Assembly (NCBI GenBank): GCA_031414775.1
Contig: JANOQI010000016.1
Coordinates: 224,001-288,000 of the forward strand
Length of the DNA: 64,000 nucleotides
Direction of reading: 5' to 3'
Source: Synechococcales cyanobacterium VAR_4_metabat_354
Lineage (GTDB): Bacteria; Cyanobacteriota; Cyanobacteriia; Cyanobacteriales; Chamaesiphonaceae
Under the pieces are notes generated by a model. It was not told where the DNA came from. It was given only the letters and a program-made list of their open reading frames with translations, and did not search any database. This document shows positions 10,186 through 22,599 of the stretch, in pieces (within the stretch, counting starts at the first letter, position 1; every line of letters starts with the position of its first letter). The position numbers and the translations under genes were made by a program.

Positions 10186-12192
10186 GTGGAGAAAGGTACT
10201 TTAGTAGAATTTTGGCATAATGGCGAACGACGCTTAGGAATTTGCGATCGACCAGAAGGCAAAAAACTTTGGGCTGTAATTGATGCGCGTCAACAGTCGC
10301 ACAATCTTCATCCCACCAAAGACATTACCTACACCGTAGCTGGTGTTAGTTTTAAGCAGTCAGCCGAGATTGACAAATTCTTAGCAGCAGTTACTCCCAA
10401 CCTTGATCCGGACAGTTTGTCGGTGGCTTGGGAGATGTTAGTAGATGACGGTGAATCTGTCGATCCAGCCGCGATGGCGGATCTACTCTATGCTGAGCAG
10501 TCTCCCAGTCTATGTTACGCTGCCCATTGTTTGCTGTCTGCCGACAAAGTTTATTTTAAAAATAAAAAAGAACAGAACTACGAACCTAGACCGCGCTCTC
10601 AGGTCAGCGAAATTCAGCACCAGCTAGCAGTCAAAGATCAGAAAGAACAAGAGTTGCGCGGTTTTGTCGAACGGGTACAAACGAAAGCCCAGGGTGAAGA
10701 AGTAGTTTGGTCAGAGATCGATCGACTGCGGTTAGAAACCCTAGAAAAATATGTTTTGCAGCCAGATAATCCGCCCAAAGGCATCACCGAACTATTGGCT
10801 CTGCTCAATCTCACCCAAACCCCTCAGCAGGTTTTTGATTTTCTAGTGACGATGGGTTGGTGGGAACCACACGAAAACTTGTTTTTGCGTAGGTCTCAAA
10901 TTCCCATCAATTTTCTTCCCAAAATTACTGAGGCGGTCGATCGCATGTTAACTGACTTTCCTGCCGATCTAGACACCAACCGCCTCGACCTCACTCATCT
11001 CAAGGTCTATACCATTGATGATGAGAGCACCCTAGAAATTGACGATGGTCTCAGCCTGGAAACTTTGGCCGATGGTAGCTGTCAGATCTGGGTACATATT
11101 GCTGACCCCACTCGTTTTGTAGCGGTCGGCGACGAGCTAGATTTAGAAGCCCGGCGGCGTGCCACCACCATCTATATGCCCACCGGCATGATTCCGATGT
11201 TTCCAACCTCTCTAGCTACCGGGCCAATGAGTTTGGTACAGGGGCGAATTTGCTGTGCTCTCAGCTTCGGCATTATCCTAGACGAACAAGGTGCAGTCAG
11301 TGAATATAAAATCACCACCTCCCTAATTAAGCCTACCTACCGTCTCACCTATGAAGATGTCGATGAGATGTTGCAGTTGGGGATTCAAAATGAGCCAGAA
11401 GTTGAAGCCTTTTTCAAACTAGCTAAATTGCGCCATCAGTGGCGACAGTCCCAAGGTTCAATCAACATCAGTATGCCAGAAGCCTCCATTAAGGTGAATG
11501 GCGACGAAGTTTCGATCTCAATTATTGAAGACTCTCCCTCACGGCAGCTAGTCGCCGAAATGATGATTATGACTGGTGAAGTGGGAGCCAAATACGGCCA
11601 AGATCACGATCTACCCTTACCCTATCGGGGTCAACCCCAACCAGAACTGCCCCCCGACGAAGAATTGATGTTGTTGCCACCAGGACCAGTGCGCTTTTGT
11701 GCCATCCGCCGTTGTATGCCGCGCAGTGAGATGTGGGTAAACCCAGCTCGTCATGCCAGCCTGGGCTTAGATACTTACTGCCAAGTTACTTCCCCGATCC
11801 GACGCTATGCTGACATGCTGGCGCATTTTCAGATTAAAGCCCATTTGCGTGGTGATGCACTGCCGTTTGATTCTGAGCAGTTGCAAGACATTATGCAAGT
11901 GATGGTGGCGACTAGCTATGAAGGTCAGCTGATGGAACGGCAAACAAATCGCTACTGGGCATTGGAGTATCTCAACCGCAACAGCGCTCAGCCGTGGGAT
12001 GCACTGATGCTACGCTGGTTGCGGGAGGACGATAGCCTAGGCTTAATCTTGCTCGAAGAATTGGGTTTAGAGCTAGCAATGCGCTTTAACCGCTGGATCA
12101 ATCCTGGCGATCGGATCCAAGTACAAGTTACTTTTGTGGATCCGCGCCAAGATGTCATTCATCTACGTGAAGTTGCTAATCAAGAAGCGTAG
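10186..12192 (+). CDS. RNase II/R family exoribonuclease (RNB domain)
   Basis: TIDDESTLEIDDG catalytic motif, HIADP, TSPIRRYADML; rpmG-rpsR-RNase II synteny typical of cyanobacteria. Confidence 0.95.
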   Translation: MEKGTLVEFWHNGERRLGICDRPEGKKLWAVIDARQQSHNLHPTKDITYTVAGVSFKQSAEIDKFLAAVTPNLDPDSLSVAWEMLVDDGESVDPAAMADLLYAEQSPSLCYAAHCLLSADKVYFKNKKEQNYEPRPRSQVSEIQHQLAVKDQKEQELRGFVERVQTKAQGEEVVWSEIDRLRLETLEKYVLQPDNPPKGITELLALLNLTQTPQQVFDFLVTMGWWEPHENLFLRRSQIPINFLPKITEAVDRMLTDFPADLDTNRLDLTHLKVYTIDDESTLEIDDGLSLETLADGSCQIWVHIADPTRFVAVGDELDLEARRRATTIYMPTGMIPMFPTSLATGPMSLVQGRICCALSFGIILDEQGAVSEYKITTSLIKPTYRLTYEDVDEMLQLGIQNEPEVEAFFKLAKLRHQWRQSQGSINISMPEASIKVNGDEVSISIIEDSPSRQLVAEMMIMTGEVGAKYGQDHDLPLPYRGQPQPELPPDEELMLLPPGPVRFCAIRRCMPRSEMWVNPARHASLGLDTYCQVTSPIRRYADMLAHFQIKAHLRGDALPFDSEQLQDIMQVMVATSYEGQLMERQTNRYWALEYLNRNSAQPWDALMLRWLREDDSLGLILLEELGLELAMRFNRWINPGDRIQVQVTFVDPRQDVIHLREVANQEA

Positions 12193-12206
12193 GCTCTTTC
12201 TTGAAT

Positions 12207-13460
12207 TTATTCCTCCGCAAAAAACTCTTCGGCATACTCACTTTGTTCTAATTCCAGAGATAAAAATATTGATAATTGAAGAACTAAAAAAATGTTGTTT
12301 TGAATAAAAAGACCACTTTCAGTGAGATTAGATAAAACAATATAAAGAAGTAACAAACTTGGCCACAGACCGTCAGATGTTTGATTGAATTCAATGTATG
12401 TTAGAGCATTTACCAGACAAACAAAAAACTGGAGAGCATAGATCGTCAAGCCGACTATTCCTAGTTCTAGCAAAATATCTAAGTAACCATTGTGGGCATT
12501 GGGTGCCGCAAAAAAGATCGCATCCCAGACATATCTAGATGGCCCATCTAACCCATTCCAAAATGCTCCAAATCCATATCCTAGCCAAGGTTGTTGTTCG
12601 ATTTTATCTATAACAAGTGGCCACAGATCAGTGCGGCCACTGAAGGTTAGATCCTTTTCAAAAATACCTGCGACAAAATCGGCATTGGAAATAAGTATGA
12701 AATGTAGGACAAAACCGATTAAAGCAATGCCAGATAAAGCTGGCACCATTAAAGCATATTGCCACCGAAAAGTTTGCAGCAAAAAGAAAGCCATAATCAC
12801 AACCGCCAAGTTGATTAATGGTGATGATGCTTTAGACATAATCAATAGAAATATTGATAAACCCAACAAACCCCAATAAATCCATCTTTGTCCTTCTTTT
12901 CTTTGTGCCAAAATTAAGAAAATCACAGCAGCAATACCCATGGTTTTGCCCAAACCATTTTTATTATAAAAAACTCCTCTCCACAACCCGGCGTGAATGC
13001 TGGCCATTTGTCCGTATTGCGGCAAAGCTAGCGCGAATACCAAACTCATTATTGCCCCAATACCCATTGTCCAACCAATCAATTCGATTTGCTCTCTAAT
13101 GGTGTAGCGGCTAGAAAAATAAAGAGAAAAGAAGACGGTGCCACACAGAGCAATAAGGCGATTGAGAGTCATGTTTGGTAAAGCAGACCAGATAATAGAT
13201 GTTATGGAAAACCCGATCAATAGCCAAATTAGCCACCCCTGAGAAATAGTATGGAGTGCTTGTCTCCAGCGCAGTACAAGTAAGCAAAATGTAATGAAAT
13301 ACAATCCTAAAAATATGACATTGATGACAGCAAAATCAGTTTCAGGAGCATTATCTCCTTGGCTAGCCCCCCCCGACAAAATTACTGCTAATATTGCTCC
13401 GGAAAAAAGAGATAAAGTAATGACAGAGAAGGCTTTTTCTAGCAATCCTAGCTTGTTCAT
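12207..13460 (-). CDS. O-antigen ligase / Wzy-like family membrane protein, paralog of 6166..7500
   Basis: GLWRGVFYNKN, TFSGRTDLW, PWLGYGFGAFW and NAHNGYL motifs. Confidence 0.88.
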   Translation of the reverse strand: MNKLGLLEKAFSVITLSLFSGAILAVILSGGASQGDNAPETDFAVINVIFLGLYFITFCLLVLRWRQALHTISQGWLIWLLIGFSITSIIWSALPNMTLNRLIALCGTVFFSLYFSSRYTIREQIELIGWTMGIGAIMSLVFALALPQYGQMASIHAGLWRGVFYNKNGLGKTMGIAAVIFLILAQRKEGQRWIYWGLLGLSIFLLIMSKASSPLINLAVVIMAFFLLQTFRWQYALMVPALSGIALIGFVLHFILISNADFVAGIFEKDLTFSGRTDLWPLVIDKIEQQPWLGYGFGAFWNGLDGPSRYVWDAIFFAAPNAHNGYLDILLELGIVGLTIYALQFFVCLVNALTYIEFNQTSDGLWPSLLLLYIVLSNLTESGLFIQNNIFLVLQLSIFLSLELEQSEYAEEFFAEE

Positions 13461-13695
13461 GGTCGGAATTAAAACTCTGAGGTGATTGGATTGGTTGGAT
13501 ATTATTAATCTGAGTGCAACGTACTTGTAAATATATTGCCCAGAAATACTATGGCAGAGAGCTTTTCATGCCATAAATTACTAATATTTATAGTTGTTGC
13601 GTTATTTAAGGACTTGCCCATCGCAAATATTGTTGCTTTGGAAGCTCTGCTTCTTTCCTCGCTACAATATTTATGAACCTCCAGTGGTGATATCT

Positions 13696-14043
13696 ATGTC
13701 TGACTTATCTAAATCCCAATGTGTACCGTGTCATGGTGGTGAAGTCGCAGCTACTCCTGCTGAAATCGATGCCCTTTTACCCCAAATTCCAGCTTGGTGT
13801 CAGTTTCAGGTGAATGGGGTGGATCGGATCGAACGGGTGTATTTATTTAAAGATTTTGTGACGGCCTTGGCTTTTACTAATGCCGTGGGTGAGATTGCCG
13901 AAGCGGCGGCGCATCACCCGGTACTAATGACTGAGTGGGGTCGGGTGACAGTGACCTGGTGGACGCATACGGTGCAAGGGTTACACAAGAATGATTTGAT
14001 CATGGCTGCTAAAACTGATGATCTAGCTCTGAATTTCGGTTAG
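13696..14043 (+). CDS. Pterin-4-alpha-carbinolamine dehydratase
   Basis: Start MSDLSKSQCVPC at 13696; FKDF...AEAAAHHP...WWTHTVQGLHKND motif. Confidence 0.92.
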   Translation: MSDLSKSQCVPCHGGEVAATPAEIDALLPQIPAWCQFQVNGVDRIERVYLFKDFVTALAFTNAVGEIAEAAAHHPVLMTEWGRVTVTWWTHTVQGLHKNDLIMAAKTDDLALNFG

Positions 14044-14048
14044 GGTTT

Positions 14049-15719
14049 ATGTTCGATCGATCAACTATTGACACAGCCATTGATGTCTTAGTTCAGCACA
14101 AAAGAGTGTGGCTGGCGGTGACTTTGCCGCAGCGGATGGTCTATTTACAAAGATGTATGGCCGCCGCACAGACAGCTAGCTCTGGTTGGGTGACAGCGGC
14201 TATGGCGGCTAAGGGTGGCGAGCCTGCTAATTTATTGAGTGGCGAAGAGTGGGCCGCTGGCCCAATGGCTACACTGCTGTATTTACGAACCATGTTACGG
14301 ACGTTGCAATCTCAAGGACAGCCCCAGCCGCCAGCGATTCGGACTAGTCACGGTCAGATGGTGACCACCGTTTTCCCCGATCAATGGATGGATCGGTTAT
14401 TGTGGCCAGGTTATCACGGAGAAGTTTGGATCGAGCCGGGACAATCAGCTAGTCAAGGTGGTTATCCTCACGAGCCTCTCGATGTTCCTGTTAATCAGAT
14501 CGAGGAACTCCCCGGGCGCATAGCGCTGGTGCTAGGAGCCGGAAATATTGCCGTGATTAGCATCCTGGATAGTTTACATAAACTATTGGTCGAAAATCAG
14601 GTGGTGATCTTGAAGATTAATCCAGTAAATGAATATGTGGGGGAATTTATCACCCAGGTATTACAGCCTCTAATTAATGACGGCTTTGTGGCGGTGGTCT
14701 ATGGGGGTGCTGCGGTGGGCAGCTATCTGTGCCAACATCCGGCTATCGACACGGTGCATATCACCGGGTCGCACCATACCCATGATGCGATCGTCTGGGG
14801 TGCGACACCTGCTGAACAACAGGATCGAAGGGCGACCAATCAGCCACTTTTGAACAAGCCAATTACCTCCGAACTGGGTTGTGTAACTCCGGTATTGGTG
14901 GTGCCTGGTAACTGGTCAGACCGGGACTTGCGCTGGCAGGCGCGACATGTGGCGAGTATGGTGGTACATAATGCCAGCTTTAACTGTACGGCGGCGCAAG
15001 TACTGGTGTTGGCGCGGGGCTGGAGCCAACGCCAGCTGTTTTTAGACTACTTGCGATCGGAGTTAGCGCAAGCCCCACCCCGCAAGGCTTATTATCCTGG
15101 TGCTGCTGAACGTTATCAAGCTTTCCTCGATCGATACCCCCAGGCAGAGGTTTTAGGGAGCAAAGATTCAGCGGTTCCTTGGACGCTGATTCCTGATGTA
15201 CCAGCTCAGACTGGTGAGTTGGTGCTGACAATGGAGGCTTTTTGCGGAATCTTGGCCGAAGTTAGTCTAGATGCTAGCAATGCTACGGACTTTTTGGAGC
15301 AAGCTGTAGACTTTGTCAATGCCAGTATCTGGGGCAGCTTATCCTGTGTGGTGCTGATCAATAAAAAGACCCAGCAATCGCATCAGACTATTTTGGAACG
15401 TTCGATCGGCAGCTTGCGCTATGGCAGTATTGGGGTGAATATTTGGAGTGGTATGAATTTTGCGGTGCCAGCAATGACTTGGGGGGCTTTTCCCGGTAAT
15501 TCGATCGAAGATGTGGAATCAGGCATCGGGATTATGCACAATGCTTATCTTTTCGATCATCCACAAAAGTCGATCGTTTATGCGCCGTTTCGGATGCTGG
15601 TGCCACCGGTTTATTTGATTGGTGCTAAGAATGTCCTCAAAATTGCCCAATGTTATGGAGATTTGCAGGTTCACCCTAATTTATGGAATCTGCTGCGGGT
15701 TTTACTGGCCAATTTATGA
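14049..15719 (+). CDS. Aldehyde dehydrogenase family protein
   Basis: GAGN, HITGS, SELG and catalytic FNCTA motifs. Confidence 0.85.
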   Translation: MFDRSTIDTAIDVLVQHKRVWLAVTLPQRMVYLQRCMAAAQTASSGWVTAAMAAKGGEPANLLSGEEWAAGPMATLLYLRTMLRTLQSQGQPQPPAIRTSHGQMVTTVFPDQWMDRLLWPGYHGEVWIEPGQSASQGGYPHEPLDVPVNQIEELPGRIALVLGAGNIAVISILDSLHKLLVENQVVILKINPVNEYVGEFITQVLQPLINDGFVAVVYGGAAVGSYLCQHPAIDTVHITGSHHTHDAIVWGATPAEQQDRRATNQPLLNKPITSELGCVTPVLVVPGNWSDRDLRWQARHVASMVVHNASFNCTAAQVLVLARGWSQRQLFLDYLRSELAQAPPRKAYYPGAAERYQAFLDRYPQAEVLGSKDSAVPWTLIPDVPAQTGELVLTMEAFCGILAEVSLDASNATDFLEQAVDFVNASIWGSLSCVVLINKKTQQSHQTILERSIGSLRYGSIGVNIWSGMNFAVPAMTWGAFPGNSIEDVESGIGIMHNAYLFDHPQKSIVYAPFRMLVPPVYLIGAKNVLKIAQCYGDLQVHPNLWNLLRVLLANL

Positions 15720-15759
15720 AGCCGAGTGCAGGTGATTTTAGCCTAAATGTCCAAAGACC

Positions 15760-16098
15760 ATGAGTCGAATTGATCGTGAAATTTTTCTCGATACCAGGCA
15801 TTTCGCAAAACATCTTCCTACTACTGATCAAGTGAATCGACTGTTAAAGAGTGGTCGAGCTGCTCATATATTTAACGACCATGAAACCATGTTGTGGGTT
15901 GCTCAAGCTATCATAGAAAGAGGTACCTATACTGGCAATACCAGAGGTTATGAGCGTTACGGTTTAATGTTTACAGAACCGATAGGCTTGAGGATAAGCC
16001 CTGATGGCTCTGTCATTCCTTTGTTATACGGCGAGGTAAAAATTGATGCAGACAACAAATACCATCCCATCCCCCGCACTCGGCCTAGTGCAGAATAG
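15760..16098 (+). CDS. Small hypothetical protein, possible nuclease toxin
   Basis: 112-aa ORF with conserved-looking His residues (HFAKHLP, AHIF, YHPIPR); overlaps the next gene. Confidence 0.6.
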   Translation: MSRIDREIFLDTRHFAKHLPTTDQVNRLLKSGRAAHIFNDHETMLWVAQAIIERGTYTGNTRGYERYGLMFTEPIGLRISPDGSVIPLLYGEVKIDADNKYHPIPRTRPSAE

Positions 16099-16324
16099 TT
16101 GGAACTTTCTGGAGGTTTGGATAGATCCGATGCAATCTCCGCCTTATCTTTTATTATTGCTAGGTGATAAAATAGGCAATTGCCACATCTTTGACCCCAC
16201 TAAAAACTATAAACTGATCACCAGTTGCGAGAATTATGATCAGGCACAGCTTTGGCTCTTAGAGGATGAGTATGAACCTCTCGAAGGACGGTTGGCTGGG
16301 TCTGAAATTCGCGAAAATACATAA
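16088..16324 (+). CDS. Small acidic hypothetical protein, partner of the upstream gene
   Basis: GTG at 16088 overlaps the upstream stop; VQNSWNFLEVW...WLLEDEYEPLEGRL. Confidence 0.6.
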   Translation: MQNSWNFLEVWIDPMQSPPYLLLLLGDKIGNCHIFDPTKNYKLITSCENYDQAQLWLLEDEYEPLEGRLAGSEIRENT

Positions 16325-16337
16325 TTTTATCTTGTGG

Positions 16338-16383
16338 ATTGTTATAAAAAAGCCCTCGCTGAACGAGGGCTTTTTATAACAAT
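16338..16383. terminator. Bidirectional intrinsic terminator
   Basis: attgttataaaaaagccctcg-ctgaa-cgagggctttttataacaat inverted repeat between convergent genes. Confidence 0.85.
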
Positions 16384-17295
<912 letters not shown>

Positions 17296-17311
17296 CTATA
17301 TAAAATTTAAG

Positions 17312-19003
17312 TTACTTACCGATCTGGGCTTTAGCGTCGTAAAGAGTCTCGGATGTGATCGAAGTAATGCCGCGATCGATCGCAAATTTTTCGGTATTGC
17401 GTTTGACTTTACCTCGGACAAAGAAGGGGATTTTGTTCAACTCCGCTTCACCATCGGCGCTCCAAGTTACTGTCCCTGGAGTATCCGGGGGAGCTTCGAT
17501 AGTTAAAACTGCTTGATTAGAGCCTGCTGTGGCGGTCGCGACTGGTGATCGATCGACAGCATTGCTAACGACTACTTCCCGATCAGAGTGGTGAGTGGGG
17601 GCACTATGTAAATGGCTCATATGTCCTTCGCCGAACTCAAAATCTTCCCGGAACATTCCGATCAGATGTTCTTCCAGACCCATCATCAGCGGATGCACCC
17701 AGTCATCAAAGATCACGTTGGCACCTTCCCAACCCATTTGGGGGGAATACCGAGCGGGGACGTCTTGAACGTGAATCGGAGCCGAAATGACTGCGCAAGG
17801 GATGCCCAGACGTTTGGAAATATGACGTTCCATCTGAGTGCCCAAAACTAGTTCGGGAGCAGACTCGGCAACTTTGGCTTCCACGGCCAAATAATCGTCA
17901 CTAATCACCGCTTCGATGCCATGCTTTTTAGCAACCTCCCGTACTTCTCTGGCAAATTCGCGGCTATAGGTACCAATCCCCACCAGTGTAAATCCTAACT
18001 CTTCGGTAGCCATCCGCGCTGCCGCCAGCACATGGGTGGCATCACCAAAGATAAACACCCGCTTGCCAGTGAGATAAGTGGAGTCCACCGATTTCGAGTA
18101 CCAAGGCAACCGGGAAGCCTGCGCGGGAGCTGCTGATGACAACCGCGCAGCACCCCAACTACCGAGGGTGTCAGCTTGCGACAGGTCCAATGCGGCGCTG
18201 ACATCGATACCAGCGACCTGACCAATTTCAGCAATAAAGTCACGAGTGGCACCGACTCCAATGGGCACTGTCTTGACGGTGGGTTGACCGAAGCTGCGGG
18301 TCAGCCAAGTACAAGTAGTAAGTGCAATTTCGGGATAGAGACAGATATTAAAGTCGGCATCGGGAATTCGTTTTAAGTCGTCGGGTGTCGATCCCAGCGG
18401 CGCGATGACGTTTACATCTACACCGATCTCCGCCAACAACTTAATTACTTCCTGAATATCATCCCGACAGCGAAAACCTAAAGCGGTAGGGCCAATAATG
18501 TTGGCTTTGGGGCGAATGCTGGGATCGCGCGGTGGGCGGGGTGTATTGGGCGCGGGCACCACTGGCAACAACAAAGCCCGAACTAGATGATAGAGGGTTT
18601 CGCTAGCCCCCCAATTTTCTTTTTTGGAATAAGCCGGTAGTTCTAGACTGACCACCGGGATCGGCAATCCCATACTCTTGGCCAGTGATCCGGGTTGATC
18701 TTGAATGAGTTCGGCGGTGCAGCTTTCACCCACCAACATTACCTGTGGCTGAAAGCGATCATAGGCATCGCGCACCGATGCTTTGACCATCTCGGCGGTA
18801 TCACCACCCAAATCGCGGGCTTGAAAGGTGGTGTAAGTTACCGGCGGACGGCGATCACGACGCTCGATCATTGTAAACAATAGATCAGCGTAAGTATCGC
18901 CTTGAGGGGCATGAAGCACATAATGCACTCCTTCCATCGCCGTCGCAATCCGCATTGCTCCTACATGGGGCGGGCCTTCGTAAGTCCACAGGGTTAATTC
19001 CAT
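17312..19003 (-). CDS. chlB: DPOR subunit B
   Basis: [28 protein letters not shown] (cluster-ligating Asp), C-terminal [25 protein letters not shown] domain. Confidence 0.97.
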   Translation of the reverse strand: MELTLWTYEGPPHVGAMRIATAMEGVHYVLHAPQGDTYADLLFTMIERRDRRPPVTYTTFQARDLGGDTAEMVKASVRDAYDRFQPQVMLVGESCTAELIQDQPGSLAKSMGLPIPVVSLELPAYSKKENWGASETLYHLVRALLLPVVPAPNTPRPPRDPSIRPKANIIGPTALGFRCRDDIQEVIKLLAEIGVDVNVIAPLGSTPDDLKRIPDADFNICLYPEIALTTCTWLTRSFGQPTVKTVPIGVGATRDFIAEIGQVAGIDVSAALDLSQADTLGSWGAARLSSAAPAQASRLPWYSKSVDSTYLTGKRVFIFGDATHVLAAARMATEELGFTLVGIGTYSREFAREVREVAKKHGIEAVISDDYLAVEAKVAESAPELVLGTQMERHISKRLGIPCAVISAPIHVQDVPARYSPQMGWEGANVIFDDWVHPLMMGLEEHLIGMFREDFEFGEGHMSHLHSAPTHHSDREVVVSNAVDRSPVATATAGSNQAVLTIEAPPDTPGTVTWSADGEAELNKIPFFVRGKVKRNTEKFAIDRGITSITSETLYDAKAQIGK

Positions 19004-19047
19004 AATTCCTGATGAGTTGGTGATGAGTAAAGCTAAAAAATTTAATC

Positions 19048-20403
<1,356 letters not shown>

Positions 20404-20534
20404 TCAGAAAAGTGCGATCGCCAAGCAATTGATAAATTAGCTCCCTTTACTATATTTAGTAACGCCAAAAGACAGCGCAAAAGTTGCAAAGGTTTACAGG
20501 AAAGCGTACTTGTTCGTTCTATATCGGCGGCATT

Positions 20535-21077
20535 CTACCCGATCCCCAGATCTATGACAAAATCATCATCGTCCTCAAACTCTTCTGCCCCAACAATTTT
20601 TATAATTACAGCTCGGACAACTGAGCGTACTTGAGCATGAGTCCAGCGTTCATCTGGATTCACCAAACTGCTGGGGTGATGTGCTACCGACCAAATTACT
20701 ATATCTTTGATGGCGATCGGCATAAAGATCACTCCGGTACCAAATCCAAAGGGTGGTGAGGCCGGCAGTCCCGCTTGAGCAAAAATTGCTTGCCAAGCAC
20801 CCTGGCGCTGCTCTGGGGGTAGTAGTTTACGTAATTTACTATTGGGTCGAATTTGGGCACGAGGCACACCTAAAACGCTACAAAAAGCTTGGCGAATACG
20901 ATGATAAGCGCGTAATTTTAGACAAACTCCCACCACTCGATCGGATGCTCCCACTTTGGCTGAAATAAGATCGATCGCGTGCCTTGGAGTCCGCAGCTCA
21001 GCTATTTCAGCATCGTTTAGCTTAATTTCAAAAGCATTTTCCCAGCCCATTATTATTTCAACAGCATCTAGTCCCAT
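20535..21077 (-). CDS. Hypothetical protein with acyl-carrier-protein-like segments at both termini
   Basis: N-term MGLDAVEIIMGWENAFEIKLNDAE, C-term VRSVVRAVII...DDDFVIDLGIG; probable start 21077. Confidence 0.6.
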   Translation of the reverse strand: MGLDAVEIIMGWENAFEIKLNDAEIAELRTPRHAIDLISAKVGASDRVVGVCLKLRAYHRIRQAFCSVLGVPRAQIRPNSKLRKLLPPEQRQGAWQAIFAQAGLPASPPFGFGTGVIFMPIAIKDIVIWSVAHHPSSLVNPDERWTHAQVRSVVRAVIIKIVGAEEFEDDDDFVIDLGIG

Positions 21078-21151
21078 ATACTCACCAGTCGGAACAACCA
21101 TTCTCAACTGTACGATAATTGAGAAGTGTCCTTCATTATTAAAATCTTCTT

Positions 21152-22582
21152 GTGACAGTTAGAGTTCGTATTGCCCCCAGCCCCACCGGAAATCTTCATA
21201 TCGGCACCGCCCGTACGGCCGTTTTCAACTGGCTCTTTGCCCGCCATCTTGGTGGCCAGTTTATTGTGCGGTTAGAAGACACCGACTTAGAGCGATCGAA
21301 AGATGAATACACCCAGAATATCTTAGACGGTTTGAAATGGTTGGGTTTAAACTGGGATGAGGGCCCTTTGTTCCAATCGCAGCGCCTTGATCTTTATAGC
21401 AAAGGTATTCAGCAACTGCTCGATCGCCAGTTAGCCTACCGCTGCTATACCACCACCGCCGAACTAGACGAACTGCGGGCTGGCCAAGAAGCTCGGCAAG
21501 TTGCGCCCCGTTACGATAATCGCCATCGGAATTTGACCCCGGAGCAAGAAGCGGCTTTTATTGCCGAAGGTCGGCAGCCAGTGATTCGCTTTCAGATTGA
21601 TGACCAGCAAGAAATTGTCTGGAATGACCTAGTCCGTGGTCGAGTGAGTTGGAAGGGTAGTGACTTGGGCGGCGACATGGTAATTGCCCGTGCTGCTGAC
21701 CAGCACAGTGTTGGTCAACCGCTTTATAACTTGGCTGTAGTTATTGATGACATTGATATGCAGATTACTCATGTGATTCGTGGCGAAGACCACATTGCTA
21801 ATACTGCCAAGCAAATTCTGCTCTATCACGGGTTAGGTGTGAAGGTGCCCGAATTTGCCCATACACCACTGATTCTCAGTCCCACGGGCAAAAAACTTTC
21901 CAAGCGGGACGGCGTAACTTCTATTTGGGATTTCAAGGATCTGGGCTACACCGCCAAGGCATTGGTCAATTACATGACCTTGCTGGGCTGGTCTGCTCCA
22001 GACGGCGAAGAAATCTTTGACTTAGAGGGTGCGGCTAAGCAATTTGGGTTCGATCGAGTGAACAAAGCCGGGGCTAAATTTGACTGGGACAAGCTAAATT
22101 GGGTTAATAGCCAGTATCTACATGCCATGTCACCGGAGGAGTTGTTGCCAGAAATCTTGCCTTACTGGGAGAAAGCTGGTTTTGATGTAAATGTCGATCG
22201 AACTTGGTTGCTACAACTCACCACTTTGATTGGTGCCAGTCTGACAACCTTAAAAGATGCGGTGGAGATCAGCCGCACTTTCTTTACGGTAGCATCACCG
22301 CTGCATGAAGAAGCCCAAGCTCAAATTGCTCAAGAAGGAGCTAAGGCTATTTTGGCCAGCTTGTTGACTGCTGTGCAAGCAACCCCAGACTTTAACGAAG
22401 AAGCAGCCAAGGGCATCATTAACCGTGTAACCAAGGAGCATGGCGTGAAGAAAGGGATGGTGATGCGCAGTCTGCGTGCTGCTCTGAGTGGCGAAGTCCA
22501 TGGACCCGATCTGATTCAATCGTGGTTATTGTTGCATCAGCAAAATCTAGCGGTGCCAAGAATTCAGAGTGCTTTGAGCTAG
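21152..22582 (+). CDS. gltX: Glutamate--tRNA ligase
   Basis: [15 protein letters not shown] (HIGH), IRGEDH, KLSKR. Confidence 0.98.
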   Translation: MTVRVRIAPSPTGNLHIGTARTAVFNWLFARHLGGQFIVRLEDTDLERSKDEYTQNILDGLKWLGLNWDEGPLFQSQRLDLYSKGIQQLLDRQLAYRCYTTTAELDELRAGQEARQVAPRYDNRHRNLTPEQEAAFIAEGRQPVIRFQIDDQQEIVWNDLVRGRVSWKGSDLGGDMVIARAADQHSVGQPLYNLAVVIDDIDMQITHVIRGEDHIANTAKQILLYHGLGVKVPEFAHTPLILSPTGKKLSKRDGVTSIWDFKDLGYTAKALVNYMTLLGWSAPDGEEIFDLEGAAKQFGFDRVNKAGAKFDWDKLNWVNSQYLHAMSPEELLPEILPYWEKAGFDVNVDRTWLLQLTTLIGASLTTLKDAVEISRTFFTVASPLHEEAQAQIAQEGAKAILASLLTAVQATPDFNEEAAKGIINRVTKEHGVKKGMVMRSLRAALSGEVHGPDLIQSWLLLHQQNLAVPRIQSALS

Positions 22583-22599
22583 AAGGCTGGCTAGGTCAA

